From assembly GCF_004010195.1 (NCBI RefSeq), contig NC_057755.1:5383789-5447788 (forward strand): 64,000 nt of DNA. Direction: 5' to 3'. The position numbers and the translations under genes are program-made. Source of the stretch: Chiloscyllium plagiosum (taxonomy: Eukaryota). Below, in pieces: positions 48,947 through 62,560 of this stretch (positions are counted from its first letter, which is position 1; the number at the start of each line of letters is the position of its first letter). Under the pieces are notes generated by a model. It worked only from the letters and a program-made list of their open reading frames with translations. It had not been told where the DNA came from and did no database searches.

Positions 48947-50659
48947 TAGTGAATGCGTCCTCCAATCCATGTAAAATAAGATCCAACATAATAAAAATCT
49001 AGTATCTGACTCTCTCTTGTGTTCTGATTATGTCAGGGGCAATTAACATTTCAAGTGATAATGTCATTACCCAGCAGGTCAAAAACAGTGCAACCTTTCA
49101 CAACACTTGCTTTGAAAAAACATGTTTTAATAATGAGAACAACTAAACAAGGATGCTGCCTGATCTGCTGGAATAATCTAATTGATTAATTCCTGATTTC
49201 TAAACTTAGTTAAAAATCATTCCTCCGCAAGAATTACTTCACGCATTGTAAAAACTATAGAGATACAAACACTTCTTCATAGAACAAATGGAAGGTCCTC
49301 ATAGCACTCTGGAATTCATTTTAACACTCCACAGTTTTGCAATTATCCTTCACGTGCAGATCCAGGTTCCCTTTAAATGAGTTGTGGTTTGATACCTCAA
49401 GCCCCCAGCGAAACTGGGCAGTGAGTACAAGACACCCCATCACCTTTTGAACGAAACGGTCGGTCTTGTGTAACCTATAATATTTCCATCAATTTGTATT
49501 ACTCTGTTTCACCTGATAACTGTTCCTGTGTTCGGCGTGATAGGCCACCATCTATTATCCTGATTATTTTGATTACTTCAATCGCATCACCTCTCATTCA
49601 CCTTTGTTCAAAGTAAAATGACCCAAACACTATCCAGCTTTCCTTAATGCTGCAGTAATTTCCACATAATGGCAACATGTTTGTAAATCTCTTCGAAACT
49701 GCCTCAGTGACCAAGTACTGTTCACAAAACCATAGATGCGAGCCACCCAGTCTCTCACGTAGTTCCAGTGCTAAAAGTCTAGCGGCGGAGAGGGAATTTG
49801 TTTTGCCTTGGCACTGTTGCAGTGTGAGAGATTCCTAATTTCACCTAATTTCACCTAAGTCTGGATGTGTGATGGGTAGCGTAAAATGGATCTGGAGAGG
49901 TATAGTTGGGGCATAGTCTGAAGTTTGGTGTCAGTTAATCAGTTCCTCGAGCGTTAGGATATGTGTTTAGTAGCCTCACCTCTGTTCTGATACCAACTCA
50001 TTAATTACAAAACAAGCCAGACCCCAGAACGAAATCCAGTTTGATGGATTATAATCTTATGTCTTTTCATTTAACAAAGTGATCTCTTGCTGAATGTAAA
50101 CGCAAAATGGTGAAAATATTGCGCCCACGTCAAAACTAAAGTATAATTCAAAAGAAATGATAAAATAGTAGAAAGCAAACGCTGGACTTATAACACAGAT
50201 TCAAAGAAAATGAATATGCAGTAAGTGTATAATTCTCATTAACTTCAAAACAATGCATAGATGAAACGAAAGAAAGCAGCTTATTACATAATATACAATT
50301 GCTCTGAAATTCCAAATAAAATTCCCCTCGTGTAATATTCACACCAGGATCCCTGGATCTAACATTTGCTCAAATGACTTGTGCCTGCCACTTTTAAAGT
50401 GAAGCTGCAGTGAACTTCTTTCTGGAACTACCACAAAGCTGATTGCCAATGTACTCAGCGTTAAGTAATCTCTTCAGAGCATCTATTCTCCCAACAAATC
50501 TGTCTCGGATGAACAGAAATGTTCACTCCACGGTACGAAAGCTGACTAACTTTCGCATCCCCTTCTCATGAGGAAAATTTCGTGCATCCACCCAGTTTCA
50601 GGAAACAAAAAAGACTGAAACAAATGAGAAAAATGATAAAAATTTAGCGATTTATTCTG

Positions 50660-52204
50660 AATCTCATATTGCTGATCTCTCCAGCAAACCTTTAGATACC
50701 ATTGATACCATGCTGGGTTATAAACAATAATTTAAAAAACAAAAATGTGGACTCGTGCACAAAGCCATTCAACCCATTGCCAGATTTTTAAATAAACGGT
50801 TTTGATACAAATTGCTGTGGTAACAAGAATACCTCGAAGTTTAATGTTAGCATCAGAAGGACAGAGTAGCCGACAGCTTACTCGCTCAAAAAAACAGAAA
50901 AGAAATCTCTCCCGAATTTTTTTTTCTATTCTCTACATAAAAAAAAACCCACTGTATATATTTTTTTCAAAGAGACTCATTTTCCTAATTCCATCGAAAT
51001 TCAGCGTTGTCTCCGCTTGAATTGAGATTTCTACAGGCTTGCCACAAGAGATGAATCATTACACCACGGAAAAATTAATTTCCTGGGCATTTCCTGCAGA
51101 GTGTGCGATTACTGACATGCATCATTCTGAGTAGTAGCATGAATCCTCAGAAAGACTCAGACAATGTCAGATGTGTAAGGCACTTACCATGAATTGTTAC
51201 AATCGGAAGGTTCGTGTAAAAGATTTTCCACAGCTGATGAATTGAAAAAGTCATTTTCTACAAAAATCTCTTTGTACAGGCAATATCTCTGTACGAAATT
51301 CCTAGGTCATATATACCTGCTGATATGTTTGGGGGACAATGACATGACAACGTGGTTCCAATCATTTATTTAAGAATTTGAACAAACAGGTGACAGCGGT
51401 GTGTTAACTCCGAGTTGTGATCGTTCAATCTCATATTGCTGATCTCTCCAGCAAACTTTTAGATACCATTGATACCATGCTGGGTTATAAACAATAATTT
51501 AAAAAAAAACAATGTGGACTCGTGCACAAAGCCATTCCACCCATTGCCAGACTTTTAAATAAACGGTTTTGAAACAAATTGCTGTGGTAACAAGAATACC
51601 TCCAAGTTTAATGTTAGCATCAGAAGGACAGAGTAGCCGACAGCTTATTCGCTCAAAAAAACAGAAATGAAATCTCTCCCGATTTTTTTTATTCTCTACA
51701 TTAAAAAACCCACTGTATATATTTTTTTCAAAGAGACTCATTTCCTTAATTCCATCGAAATTCAGCGTAGTCTCCGCTTGAATTGAGATTTCTACAGGCT
51801 TGCCACAAGAGATGAATCATTACACCACGGAAAATTTAATTTCCTGGGCATTTCCTGCAGAGTGTGCGATTACTGCCATGCATCATTCTGAGTAGTAGCA
51901 TGAATCCTCAGAAAGACTCAGACAATGTCAGATGTGTAAGGCACTTACCAAGAATTGTTACAATCGGAAGGTTCGTGTAAAAGATTTTCCACAGCTGATG
52001 AATTGAAAAAGTCATTTTCTACAAAAATCTCTTTGTACAATATCTCTGTACGAAATTCCTAGGTCATATAATTCCGCAGTCTTTCATTTATACCTGCTGA
52101 TATGTTTGGGGGACAATGACATGACAACGTGGTTCCAATCATTTATTTAAGAATTTGAACAAACAGGTGACAGCGGTGTGTTAACTCCGAGTTGTGATCG
52201 TTCA
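50660..52204. repeat. Direct tandem duplication of a roughly 770-bp unit (50660-51426 / 51427-52204)
   Basis: Both copies start AATCTCATATTGCTGATCTC and end GAGTTGTGATCGTTC; few substitutions and indels. Confidence 0.93.
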
Positions 52205-54399
52205 TTTTTAGAACTGAGGTTTATTCGATGATTCAAATCCGAATCGGTCAATAGCACACATGGGCACATGCATGTTGAGCCATTTACTGGAATCTCTACA
52301 GTGTGGGAGCAGGTTAATCATCGAGTCCACACTGACCCTGCAAAGTGCATCCAAGGCAGACGACGCGCTGGCGCTGTGAGGCAGCAGGGTTAATCAATCA
52401 GTCATTGTGGCACGCTATTTACTAACATTGACACCATAATTCTATCCATCCAACTTGGAAATCTTATTTTATATCATGTTGTTATTAACTTGACATTGAC
52501 ATTTGGAAATTAATTCCGGTTGAGAGTTTCTCTGAGAAATGTTCTCCTCTCCACTGGGTTGTGGCTTCCCTGTTTAATAGCAGCTGTAGCATGAAAGAAA
52601 AATAGCTGGTTACCGGAGACGACACATTGTAGGTCTTAACAAATTCAACGGGATAGAATTCTTCGCCTTGGATGGATAAAGTGTCCCAAACGATTACCTC
52701 TTCTCCAGTTCAGGTATTATTTGAAACGAGGAAAATAACGTACTGAAAGATATGCTCAATGGTTTCATAAGCTCCAATAAGTATACATCCGCCTACTTGG
52801 ATAAGTTATGATCTCGCGCTGAATCTGAGACACACAAGATTTGGAAAGCAGCAGTTGAGGGAGTCATTCTCTGTTCCCTGCAGGGTATTGACTGTGTACC
52901 GTGAAGAAACCTAAAGTAGATGACTGCCATTTGATGGAAATCGTTGAAGGGAGATTCAGAGGTAAGCCCACGGCGGGATTTGCACACACAATCATACAGA
53001 AATGTCAAATTCCAGAAATGTTTGAACGGGAATCAATTTTGTCAATGTTCGTGAGTTTTGTGAAGAATTGTCAATGTGCCCTGTATTGATGGGGAAATGG
53101 GATTTGGTGTGAGGACTGCTAAAGGAGAGAAAACAGACAGAGAATAAACATACAATTTTCTAGTTGTCAGGCTGGTGTTAGTGAGTTATCCCAAGGACAA
53201 TTACTTGAGGCATAGTATTAATAATCTCTATCAATGACTGAGAAGATGAGAACATCTGCTACTTTTGCTGATAACACAATGTTAGGTGGGACAGTAGAAA
53301 ACAAAAAGAACTTAGGAACGTTGAAAAGGGGAAGGACAGGTTATGTGAGTGAAAGAGAAGAAAATAGTTTGTGCAACAAAATGTAGAGAAAAGTCAGGCA
53401 TTGTTCCTTCACTTTAGTCTTAGAAAGATTTCAGATCATTTGATAAGTTTATAGATGCTAGTCTGAAATCAAGAGACAACAACGAGCCTTTCTGTCCATT
53501 CAATTGCCTTGAAAACCAGGGACCGGGAAAGTGTAGAAAATGAAGAGCCACAGGTCCTGGTCCACATTGGCATCAACAATGTTAGGTTGGTGAAATAGCC
53601 CTTCAGAGATCAGAATCCAACATTAATCATTCCTCATTTACAAAAGCACAGCCTGTGACAATAGTCTCTCACTGACTTAGGCATTCAACATCTCCATATC
53701 CATGACATTCATCCTTTTTATGTCAGCAAGGGCTCACTGATTGGGACACATTAACAGGGAAGTCATATCCGATGAGGTCCAGTTGGCTGACCTCATCACA
53801 AATATTACCAGAAGGAAAAGCTCTGAGTTTCAGAAAGTAGAATTGAGACAATCAGGCAAGAAATTGAACAGCTGATCCTTGGGTTACTCCAAGTGCTCAT
53901 TTGATTATTCTATGTGTGGCTGGAAATATTGGTTCTAAGGGGAAGAGCTTCGGACATTCCAGTTATTGGTGAGGGTTCTGGTTCTGGTGCGATCTGAATA
54001 CATTGGAAGCGTGGTTTGCTTTTAATTGAATGGTACCCTTCCAGCCAGATCCTCAATAAATTATGCATTACGTGATACAATTACCTTTGAAACCTCACCT
54101 TTATAACTTATTATTTATGATGCGTGTTCGGTATTTGGACAGAGATACCACTTTGAAAGAATCAACTTATTACGTCTCACAGTATTGACTTGATACAAGA
54201 GCACAGATGTAAGCACGCAGCAATGAAATATGCTTTCTCCAAATAATATGTACCCAATGCAAAAGCATGATTTTGCAATTTTATTGTATTGGGGAAGAGT
54301 GATCACAACATACTCGAATTATTTGCCAACATGGAGAATGAAGAAACTTGGGTTCTGAATCTAAATAGAGAATTGATGTATAAATCAGCAATGCTGGAC

Positions 54400-55541
54400 T
54401 GAGGAGCATTAACAAAGAGGTTCTCAGTTGAGAGGCAATGGCAATAGAGAGAGAAATGTCTGAATGCATTACAACAATTATTCAGGTGCTTCAGGATCAG
54501 CAAGAAAACAGGATAGGTGAGAATGGGCAGCCCTGCCTGACTTTGGATCTGATCGGGAAGCCCTCTGATTCCCAGCCATTGACGGCAGAAGCAGTAAAAA
54601 TATCTCTTTCCATGCTGTACATCTCTATGACTCTACGATCTGTCGAATTCATTTGCTGAATCCTCCCCAAAGCTCAATGTGGAAAGCACATCTCAGACTT
54701 AGCTGTGCAATATCCTGTCAAAGGTCTTCTCCTGATCCAGGCTGATGAGGCAGGCCTCCAACTCCCCTGTCCTGAACGTAGGTGATCATGTCCCTCAGGA
54801 GAAAAATGCTCTCATTGTTCGTGCTGCCCACTAGAGGACAGGTATGATTGGGGTGAATCACTGATCCCAGAGTAGATCTGACCTGGTTGGTTATGACCTT
54901 AGATAGGATTTTTTAATGTGCAGTCAGCAATGAAACGAGTTGCCAGATCTCCAACTTGTCCTTCTAATTGTAGATGAGGGGCGAGATACCTTTTCTTGTG
55001 CATTATGCATTGGTCCTGTCCAATCATGTCCCACCGATTTCTGGGAATTTTACACATTTCTGAGTACTCAAAAGCCTTGTCAGCTCATTCAGGGAGAATA
55101 GCTGCTGTCGCATCTCCTGGGTGCTGTTGTCTAAGACCTCTGTGATATTGGACAGGAATGACTGGGAGATTTGCAATGATAGTTGGCTTCATATCGTAGA
55201 GTCCAGCATAAAAGGATTTGCTGATCCTCAGAATGCCATTTTGAGAGGACATTACCGAGCCATCTTCTTCCTTCAAGCTGCTGATCACTGATTTCCCGCT
55301 GTCCATCTTCTGAAAGAATAAAAATGCGCAGGACTCACCCTGCTCGGCGTTGTGGACCATGGACCAAGAGGTTACCTTGAAGGCTTCTGAGGTAAAGAGC
55401 AAGGGTTACTAAAGATTGGTCATAACATCGACCTCCATCGCCTGCAGTAGGTGTAGGTTCTGCATGCTCTTTTGGATTCTGGACAATTCTCCCTGCAAAA
55501 GATCCTTTTTATATTCCCCTTGACTATTCCCTACAAGTCCG
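54400..55541 (-). mobile_element. Tx1-like LINE ORF2 fragment
   Basis: FLFFQK..VISSLKEEDGSV..ILRISKSFYAGLY and degraded RT motifs. Confidence 0.72.
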
Positions 55542-56507
55542 NNNNNNNNNNNNNNNNNNNNNNNNNNNNNNNNNNNNNNNNNNNNNNNNNNNNNNNNNNN
55601 NNNNNNNNNNNNNNNNNNNNNNNNNNNNNNNNNNNNNNNNNNNNNNNNNNNNNNNNNNNNNNNNNNNNNNNNNNNNNNNNNNNNNNNNNNNNNNNNNNNN
55701 NNNNNNNNNNNNNNNNNNNNNNNNNNNNNNNNNNNNNNNNNNNNNNNNNNNNNNNNNNNNNNNNNNNNNNNNNNNNNNNNNNNNNNNNNNNNNNNNNNNN
55801 NNNNNNNNNNNNNNNNNNNNNNNNNNNNNNNNNNNNNNNNNNNNNNNNNNNNNNNNNNNNNNNNNNNNNNNNNNNNNNNNNNNNNNNNNNNNNNNNNNNN
55901 NNNNNNNNNNNNNNNNNNNNNNNNNNNNNNNNNNNNNNNNNNNNNNNNNNNNNNNNNNNNNNNNNNNNNNNNNNNNNNNNNNNNNNNNNNNNNNNNNNNN
56001 NNNNNNNNNNNNNNNNNNNNNNNNNNNNNNNNNNNNNNNNNATATTTCCTGGAAACCAACTTTGCTTTCCAAATCTTAAGCCATTCTTATCTCACGAACC
56101 GTATTTTTTCACATGCACTTGAATGTTAGTTATGATGGCCAGTAGTGTCTTATCTCGTCTAGTTAATTCTGTGCTGTAAAGGAAGCATTGTCTGCTATTC
56201 TTTCTTCAGACAGATTGTGGTCAAGTCAGTTATGCAGCTTTATCAGGGTTAAAAGGCATTTTAGGCAGCTTTAAGCAGAATTGGCAATTTGCAAATGAGA
56301 AGCCATTTTGTTATGTTGTTCGTATGAAGAAACCATTTTATTTCCACCTAAGTTAGTAAGAATATGTCTAAAGTGGCTGTTCCTGACAACAACTAGTTAC
56401 CTCGGCCTGTTTTCAGTTTTCAGATCCTCATCTCGGTCTTTGGTCGTTCCATAACCACACTATATTATGGGAGGGCACAGATTATATGCCCTGATGATGC
56501 CATTAGT

Positions 56508-56603
56508 TTCCGATTGAAGGGCTTTTGCCCGAAACGTCGATTTTCCTGCTCCTCGGATGCTGCTTGACCTGCTGTGCTTTTTCATCACCAATCTGATCTA
56601 AAC
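56508..56603 (+). mobile_element. Penelope-derived short repeat with hammerhead-like motif
   Basis: TTC-CGATTGA-AGGGCTTTTGCCC-GAAACGTC-GA, followed by the family tail GGATGCTGCTTGACCTGCTG. Confidence 0.7.
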
Positions 56604-56620
56604 AGATTAGAACAGTCCAA

Positions 56621-58575
56621 TTAATTGGACGATAGAGAATGACATACTTCCTTCTTCACCTCCACCGAACCAGGGGTAGGCAATTGCACGTCCTCATCTT
56701 CATTTGGATGGAGAAGAAGCATTTTCTGGGATGAATCGATGTTGTCAACAGAAGTTATTAGCTTAGCAATAATACATTTAATAATAGCAACGCCATCAAA
56801 GAGGCAAATTTAAACAATAGCAATATGCATGGCAAGACTTATCAACCAGTTGTACCATGAGCTAAAACCCAAATCTCTCCATTCTGTGCCTTCCCTCATT
56901 TGAGTGAGGAAGGTGTGACTGTTATCTACATGGTTGGTAATATTCTTGATGAGGTCACTAAACCCAATATACATTTGCCCTTTTCTATGGCGAAAAAAAC
57001 ACGTTCTTTGGTGAGTAGGTCATCGAGTGCATATCGGTTTTGTTGGGAATCTAGGCGTAATTCTGAGAGCATGTCTAAAACACTTGCTAAGGCCAAGGCT
57101 GTCTCGTTGCCCAAGAGACTGACACCGCAAATAAGATAATTTCATTTTAGATAGCTCATCATTCCAGAAGATCCTCCGAAGGAAAAAGTACAAAGAAATG
57201 CATAGTCCACAGAGTGAGCTTCAGTGTTGTCCAAAGCCTGAGCACCTCTCCAATGCACACTGAACTCAGGTAAAACTGAACGTTTGGCAGGGAAACTCCA
57301 ACCTCATTCCCAGGTAGTTGACAGGGAACCGTAGTCGGGAAACGTGTCCCGTCAGCTATAGCACGGGGAATACCTATTTCACCAAGAACAAGTAAGTTGG
57401 TCTCTTTGCCTTGGCTGAAAAAATAGTAACCAGGTTTAGTATAGATAATGGAGGGAGATTGCAATAAGAAACAGGCCTGGCTTTGTGACTTCCCGAATAC
57501 ATGTGCTGTCCATGACTCCAAAGTGTGGTTGTAGTGAACACTGAAGATGAAAGCTGGTCAATGTAAATGTGGTGCGTCCTACGGTAAGAGATGTGGTTAT
57601 TGTCCCAGACTGGTTCCGTCTATCCGACAATGGGGAAGACGGAGGTGCCATTAGGTTTCTCATAGTGAAGTTTGGTAGTGCTTTTAACCATAGCACAAAG
57701 GGCCTGAACACCAGTAATAACAGGGTTACAAAGGCACACTCCTCCCGTAGGCATATGAATAAGATTCAATGCCCCACAGGGGACCAATCGCCATTGGAAG
57801 ATTTAATCAAGCTGCATTGAATAGCCTTAGACACATTCACATAAGTGTACCCCATACCGTTCTGTCTTAACAATTGTGATAGACTTCCACGGAGCAAGTC
57901 CAAAAGCAGCAAGTGGATTAAGACATAGTCAAAAATATTATGTAGGTGAAAGTGAGGACTGCAGATGCTGGATGCCAGAACTGAAAAATGTGTTGCTGGA
58001 AAAGCGCAGCAGGTCAGGCAGCATCCAAGGAGCAGGAGAATCGACGTTTCGGGCATAAGTCCTTCTTCTCATTAAAAATATTATGTCCAGTAAACGAGAT
58101 AGAAGCAGTCCATACCCCTTTGTTGGGACGGGGGTGGAGGGGAGGGGAAAGTGATCCAATAGACCACTTCATCCTTGCCAAATAGTTTATTCTGACTTTG
58201 AGGAAACAACATTTTCATGGGAGATAATATTCTCCATTTTCTCTTTTGCAACGTGCCAATTTAAACCTCTTTGAATAGGAGCCAGGCTTACTCGGCCGCT
58301 CGTATCACAACTGAAATCAAACTGGCACGCAACACCTTGACAGGGTAAACACCATTGAGATTTGTCCTGTGAACGAACTGTCCAATCTTCTTGATGCAGT
58401 TGATCATTGTGACAATCATTCTTGATAACGTTCCATGCATCAAAATAATCAGTCTCTCGGCACAACAAGACACAGTCTCTGGTTGCTCAAGGTCTCACAG
58501 GTAAACCGTCCCTTCTTGAGCACCAATGCCGGCTACGACGAGTCCATATAGCAGGGTAAGTTCGATCTTCATCAT
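56621..58575 (-). pseudogene. env: Endogenous retrovirus env, full length but disrupted
   Basis: Signal-peptide-like MMKIELTLLYGLVVAGIGA from 58575. TM heptad and immunosuppressive domain LGNETALALASVLDMLSELRLDSQQNRYALDDLL..KGKC (57114-56970). Membrane-proximal WYNWL, hydrophobic anchor and cytoplasmic tail to TAA at 56621. Contains stops, frameshifts and one insertion. Confidence 0.82.
57944..58073 (-). mobile_element. Penelope-derived short repeat inserted in env, 13-bp TSD
   Basis: AAAAATATTATGT at 57931-57943 and 58074-58086; same family as 1-114. Repeated in the duplicate block at about 60129-60258. Confidence 0.8.
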
Positions 58576-61500
58576 CACCCACCTTGCATGGGGCTTGTCT
58601 GATGACCGTGCAATGAGGGAGTTGCCTGGCGACCTTGTCAGCTGCAGTGGTTGTGAGGAGAGCCTGAAAGGGCCCCTTCCATCGAGGTTATAGGCCATGG
58701 CGGGTCCTTTGTAATGGAGTATAAACCATTCTCTCCTTTCCCAATTGTTTACAAAAATGAATAAAATCAACCAAAATAGGCAGCAACAAATAAACAACAC
58801 AAACTTTTCCAGCAGGTTTCACCCACATTTCGATTTGAGTATCGTTAAGTCCCCAATCTGAGGTCATAATTTGCGCTCTTCATCAGGGGTTCTTCCCTAT
58901 GATTTCTGTACTTTACACATATCTGGTATGCCACACCCCATATTGTCTCTTTCTGCGTTTTACCGGCGACCCAAAGTGACCCGAGGTTTGGGGGTAAGGC
59001 TGCTGCTTGGCAGCAGCATCCACGTGCCCATTACGTTGGAAACTGTATCAATTACCTTAGGGAGACTGGAACATCTTGATAACGGACAGATTAATTGGAC
59101 AAAAAAGCATTACAACGCCGCCCCATGAGTGTTAGAAATATTTTATGTCCCCGCAAGGCTGCAAAATATTGGAAAACACCAAGAGCACAATGAAGAATCA
59201 ATGTATATTAGTAGATTTTCGGTTTGCTCGGACGCATGCATGCCGATTCCCCACGTTAGCTCCAAGATAGCATAAAATACACATCATTCCCCAGTGGCCA
59301 CATTTCCACAGTTAAGGCAAGGGCCAGCCACTTGTACCTGGGGGATTTACTGACTTGTTCTCAGTCTCAAAGGTGTCATACTGGGGTACGCCTGACCCCA
59401 TTTCTGGGGTCCCTTCAGGAAAAGGTTGCGAAAAGGGGGGGGGATGATAGGTTATGCCCCCAGTGGGTATTCAAGTCCCAATCAGTCCTTTCAGAGCCGG
59501 CACACTGCATTCGGGACCGCGAGGGCACTGGATATAATCGGTTTTACGTTTAACTTGCATTGTGGTTCAGTCTGTTTATGGGTATCCCAATAGAAAACAT
59601 CCACTCACCTTATTTGCGACTGGACATTCCTGGACTTGTTCATACTGTTTGCCTTGGATCATGTCAGTGATACCAGGTGGAAAATATTGCAAAGGCAGAG
59701 GGTTAAACAAAGGTGATTGAGCATCTTGATTATTACTCAATGGAATACCACGTCCATCAGACAGATAGCCTCATACTTCAGCCTTGTAACACAAGCCATT
59801 CGTATTCAGGCTACTCCCAGAGGTTTGCTGTGTTTATATCTGTATCACTCTTGAGCAATATCGGCCTGTTTGTTCTTGCGGTCAGCGGCATGCTCNNNNN
59901 NNNNNNNNNNNNNNNNNNNNNNNNNNNNNNNNNNNNNNNNNNNNNNNNNNNNNNNNNNNNNNNNNNNNNNNNNNNNNNNNNNNNNNNNNNNNNNNNNNNN
60001 NNNNNNNNNNNNNNNNNNNNNNNNNNNNNNNNNNNNNNNNNNNNNNNNNNNNNNNNNNNNNNNNNNNNNNNNNNNNNNNNNNNNNNNNNNNNNNNNNNNG
60101 GATTAAGACATAGTCAAAAATATTATGTAGGTGAAAGTGAGGACTGCAGATGCTGGATGTCAGAACTGAAAAATGTGTTGCTGGAAAAGCGCAGCAGGTC
60201 AGGCAGCATCCAAGGAGCAGGAGAATCGACGTTTCGGGCATAAGTCCTTCTTCTCATTAAAAATATTATGTCCAGTAAACGAGATAGAAGCAGTCCATAC
60301 CCCTTTGTTGGGACGGGAGTGGAGGGGAGGGGAAAGTGATCCAATAGACCACTTCATCCTTGCCAAATAGTTTATTCTGACTTTGAGGAAACAACATTTT
60401 CATGAGAGATAATATTCTCCATTTTCTCTTTTGCAGCGTGCCAATTTAAACCTCTTTGAATAGGAGCCAGGCTTACTCGGCCGCTCGTATCACAACTGAA
60501 ATCAAACTGGCATGCAACACCTTGACAGGGTAAACACCATTGAGATTTGTCCGGTGAACGAACTGTCCAATCTTCTTGATGCAGTTGATCATTGTGACAA
60601 TCATTCTTGGTCACGTTCCATGCATCGATAGAATCAGTCTCTCGGCACAACAAGACACAGTCTCTGGTTGCTCAAGGTCTCATGGGTAAACCGTCCCTTC
60701 TTGAGCACCAATGCCGGCTACGACGAGTCCATATAGCAGGGTAAGTTCGATCTTCATCATCACCCACCTTGCATGGGGCTTGTCTGATGACCGTGCAATG
60801 AGGGAGTTGCCTGGCGACCTTATCAGCTGCAGTGGTTGTGAGGAGAGCCTGAAAGGGCCTCTTCCATCGAGGTTATAGGCCATGGCGGGTCCTTCGTAAT
60901 GGAGTAGAAACCATTCTCTCCTTTCCCAATTGTTTACAAAAATGAATAAAATCAACCAAAATAGGCAGCAACAAATAAACAACACAAACTTTTCCAGCAG
61001 GTTTCACCCACATTTTGATTTGAGTATCGTTAAGTCCCCAATCTGAGGTCATAAGTTGCGCTCTTCATCAGGGGTTTTTCCCTATGATTTCTGTACTTTA
61101 CACATATCTGGCATGCGACACCCCATATTGTCTCTTTCTGCGTTTTACCGGCGACCCAAAGTGACCCGAGGTTTGGGGGTAAGGCTGCTGCTTGGCAGCA
61201 GCATCCACTTGCCCATTACGTTGGAAACTGTATCAATTACCTTAGGGAGACTGGAACATCTTGATAACGGACAGATTGATTGGACAAAACAGCATTACAA
61301 CGCCGCCCCATGAGTGTTAGAAATATTTTATGTCCCCGCAAGGCTGCAAAATATTGGAATACACCAAGAGCACAATGAAGAATCAATGCATATTAGTAGA
61401 TTTTCGGTTTGCTCGGACGCAAGCATGCCGATTCCACACGTTAGCTCCAAGATAGCATAAAATACACATCATTCCCCAATGGACACATTTCTACAGTAAA

Positions 61501-62560
61501 GGCAAGGGCCAGCCACCTGTCCCTGGGGGATTTACTGACTTGTTCTCAGTCTCAAAGGTTTCATACTGGGGTACGCCTGACCCCATTTCTGGGGTCCCTT
61601 CAGGAAAAGGTTGCGAAAAGGGGGGGGGATGATAGGTTATGCCCCCAGTGGGTATTCAAGTCCCAATCAGTCCTTTCAGAGCCGGCACACTGCATTCGGG
61701 ACCGCGAGGGCACTGGATATAATCGGTTTTACCTTTAACTTGCATTGTGGTTCAGTCTGTTTATGGGTATCCCAATAGAAAACATCCACTCACCTTATTT
61801 GCGACTGGACATTCCTGGACTTGTTCAGACTGTTTGCCTGGATCATGTCAGTGATACCAGGTGGAAACTATTGCAAAGGCATAGGGTTAAACAAAGGTGA
61901 TTGAGCATCTTGATTATTACTCAATGGAATACCACGTCCATCAGACAGATAGCCTCATACTTCAGCCTTGTAACACAAGCCATTCGTATTCAGGCTACTC
62001 CCAGAGGTTTGCTGTGTTTATATCTGTATCACTCTTGAGCAATATCGGCCTGTTTGTTCTTGCGGTCAGCGGCATGCTCCCTTTCCTGAGATGTGACACA
62101 GGTCACTCATCCCCATATCAGCTATGAAGACTGGATGCTTAATTTTCAACAGAAGGAGAAGTTTGTCATAAAGGGGAGTGTGCAGATGACAATCAGGAGA
62201 TGTTCGGCGCTGAGCGGGTATCCAGGGACAAAATCGCCATCTTCAAATAGGGTCGGTACGCCAGATATAGGCTGTGGATTCTGAGTAGAATCTTGGTTCA
62301 TTATTTTACATCGTTGTCGCTTTAACCCTGTTCGTAAATTCCTCAGTCTTAGTGGCCGTACACTGCTTCTCATGTCCCTTTTTTATCATCTCATGTCCCT
62401 TTAATTTTTTCATCTACCTATTCACAACACTTCGCATTTCTTAAGAGTTCCATCTGCGAAACATGCATCTATCTCCCAATCACGTGCAAAATTCCTTCAA
62501 CTGGCCAGTAAGGTATGTTTCTACTCTTTCGTTTGCAATACATTAATGCAGCTATGCTTC
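58576..62560 (-). mobile_element. Internally deleted class I ERV: gag remnant, RNase H, integrase N- and C-termini (57915-59895 is repeated at 60100-62079)
   Basis: Hand translation of the minus strand: WPVEG (MA-like, about 62500); frameshifted CLNCGNxGHWGMMC knuckle (about 59278-59323); ACVRANRKSTNI..DS..ALGVFQYFAAL..VDAAAKQ (RNase H); WVKPAGKVCV..LVDFIHFCKQLGKERM; PRWKGPFQALLTT (58687-58650). Confidence 0.75.

Noticed and set aside
55409..56122. ORFs of 182-216 aa
   Set aside because: They run through the 500-N gap and are artefacts; the same applies at 25.8-26.1 kb and 59.7-60.2 kb.
56644..56662. Possible polypurine tract plus TG start of an ERV 3' LTR on the minus strand
   Set aside because: It lies within the open env cytoplasmic-tail frame, and no matching 5' LTR could be found at 62.5-64 kb.
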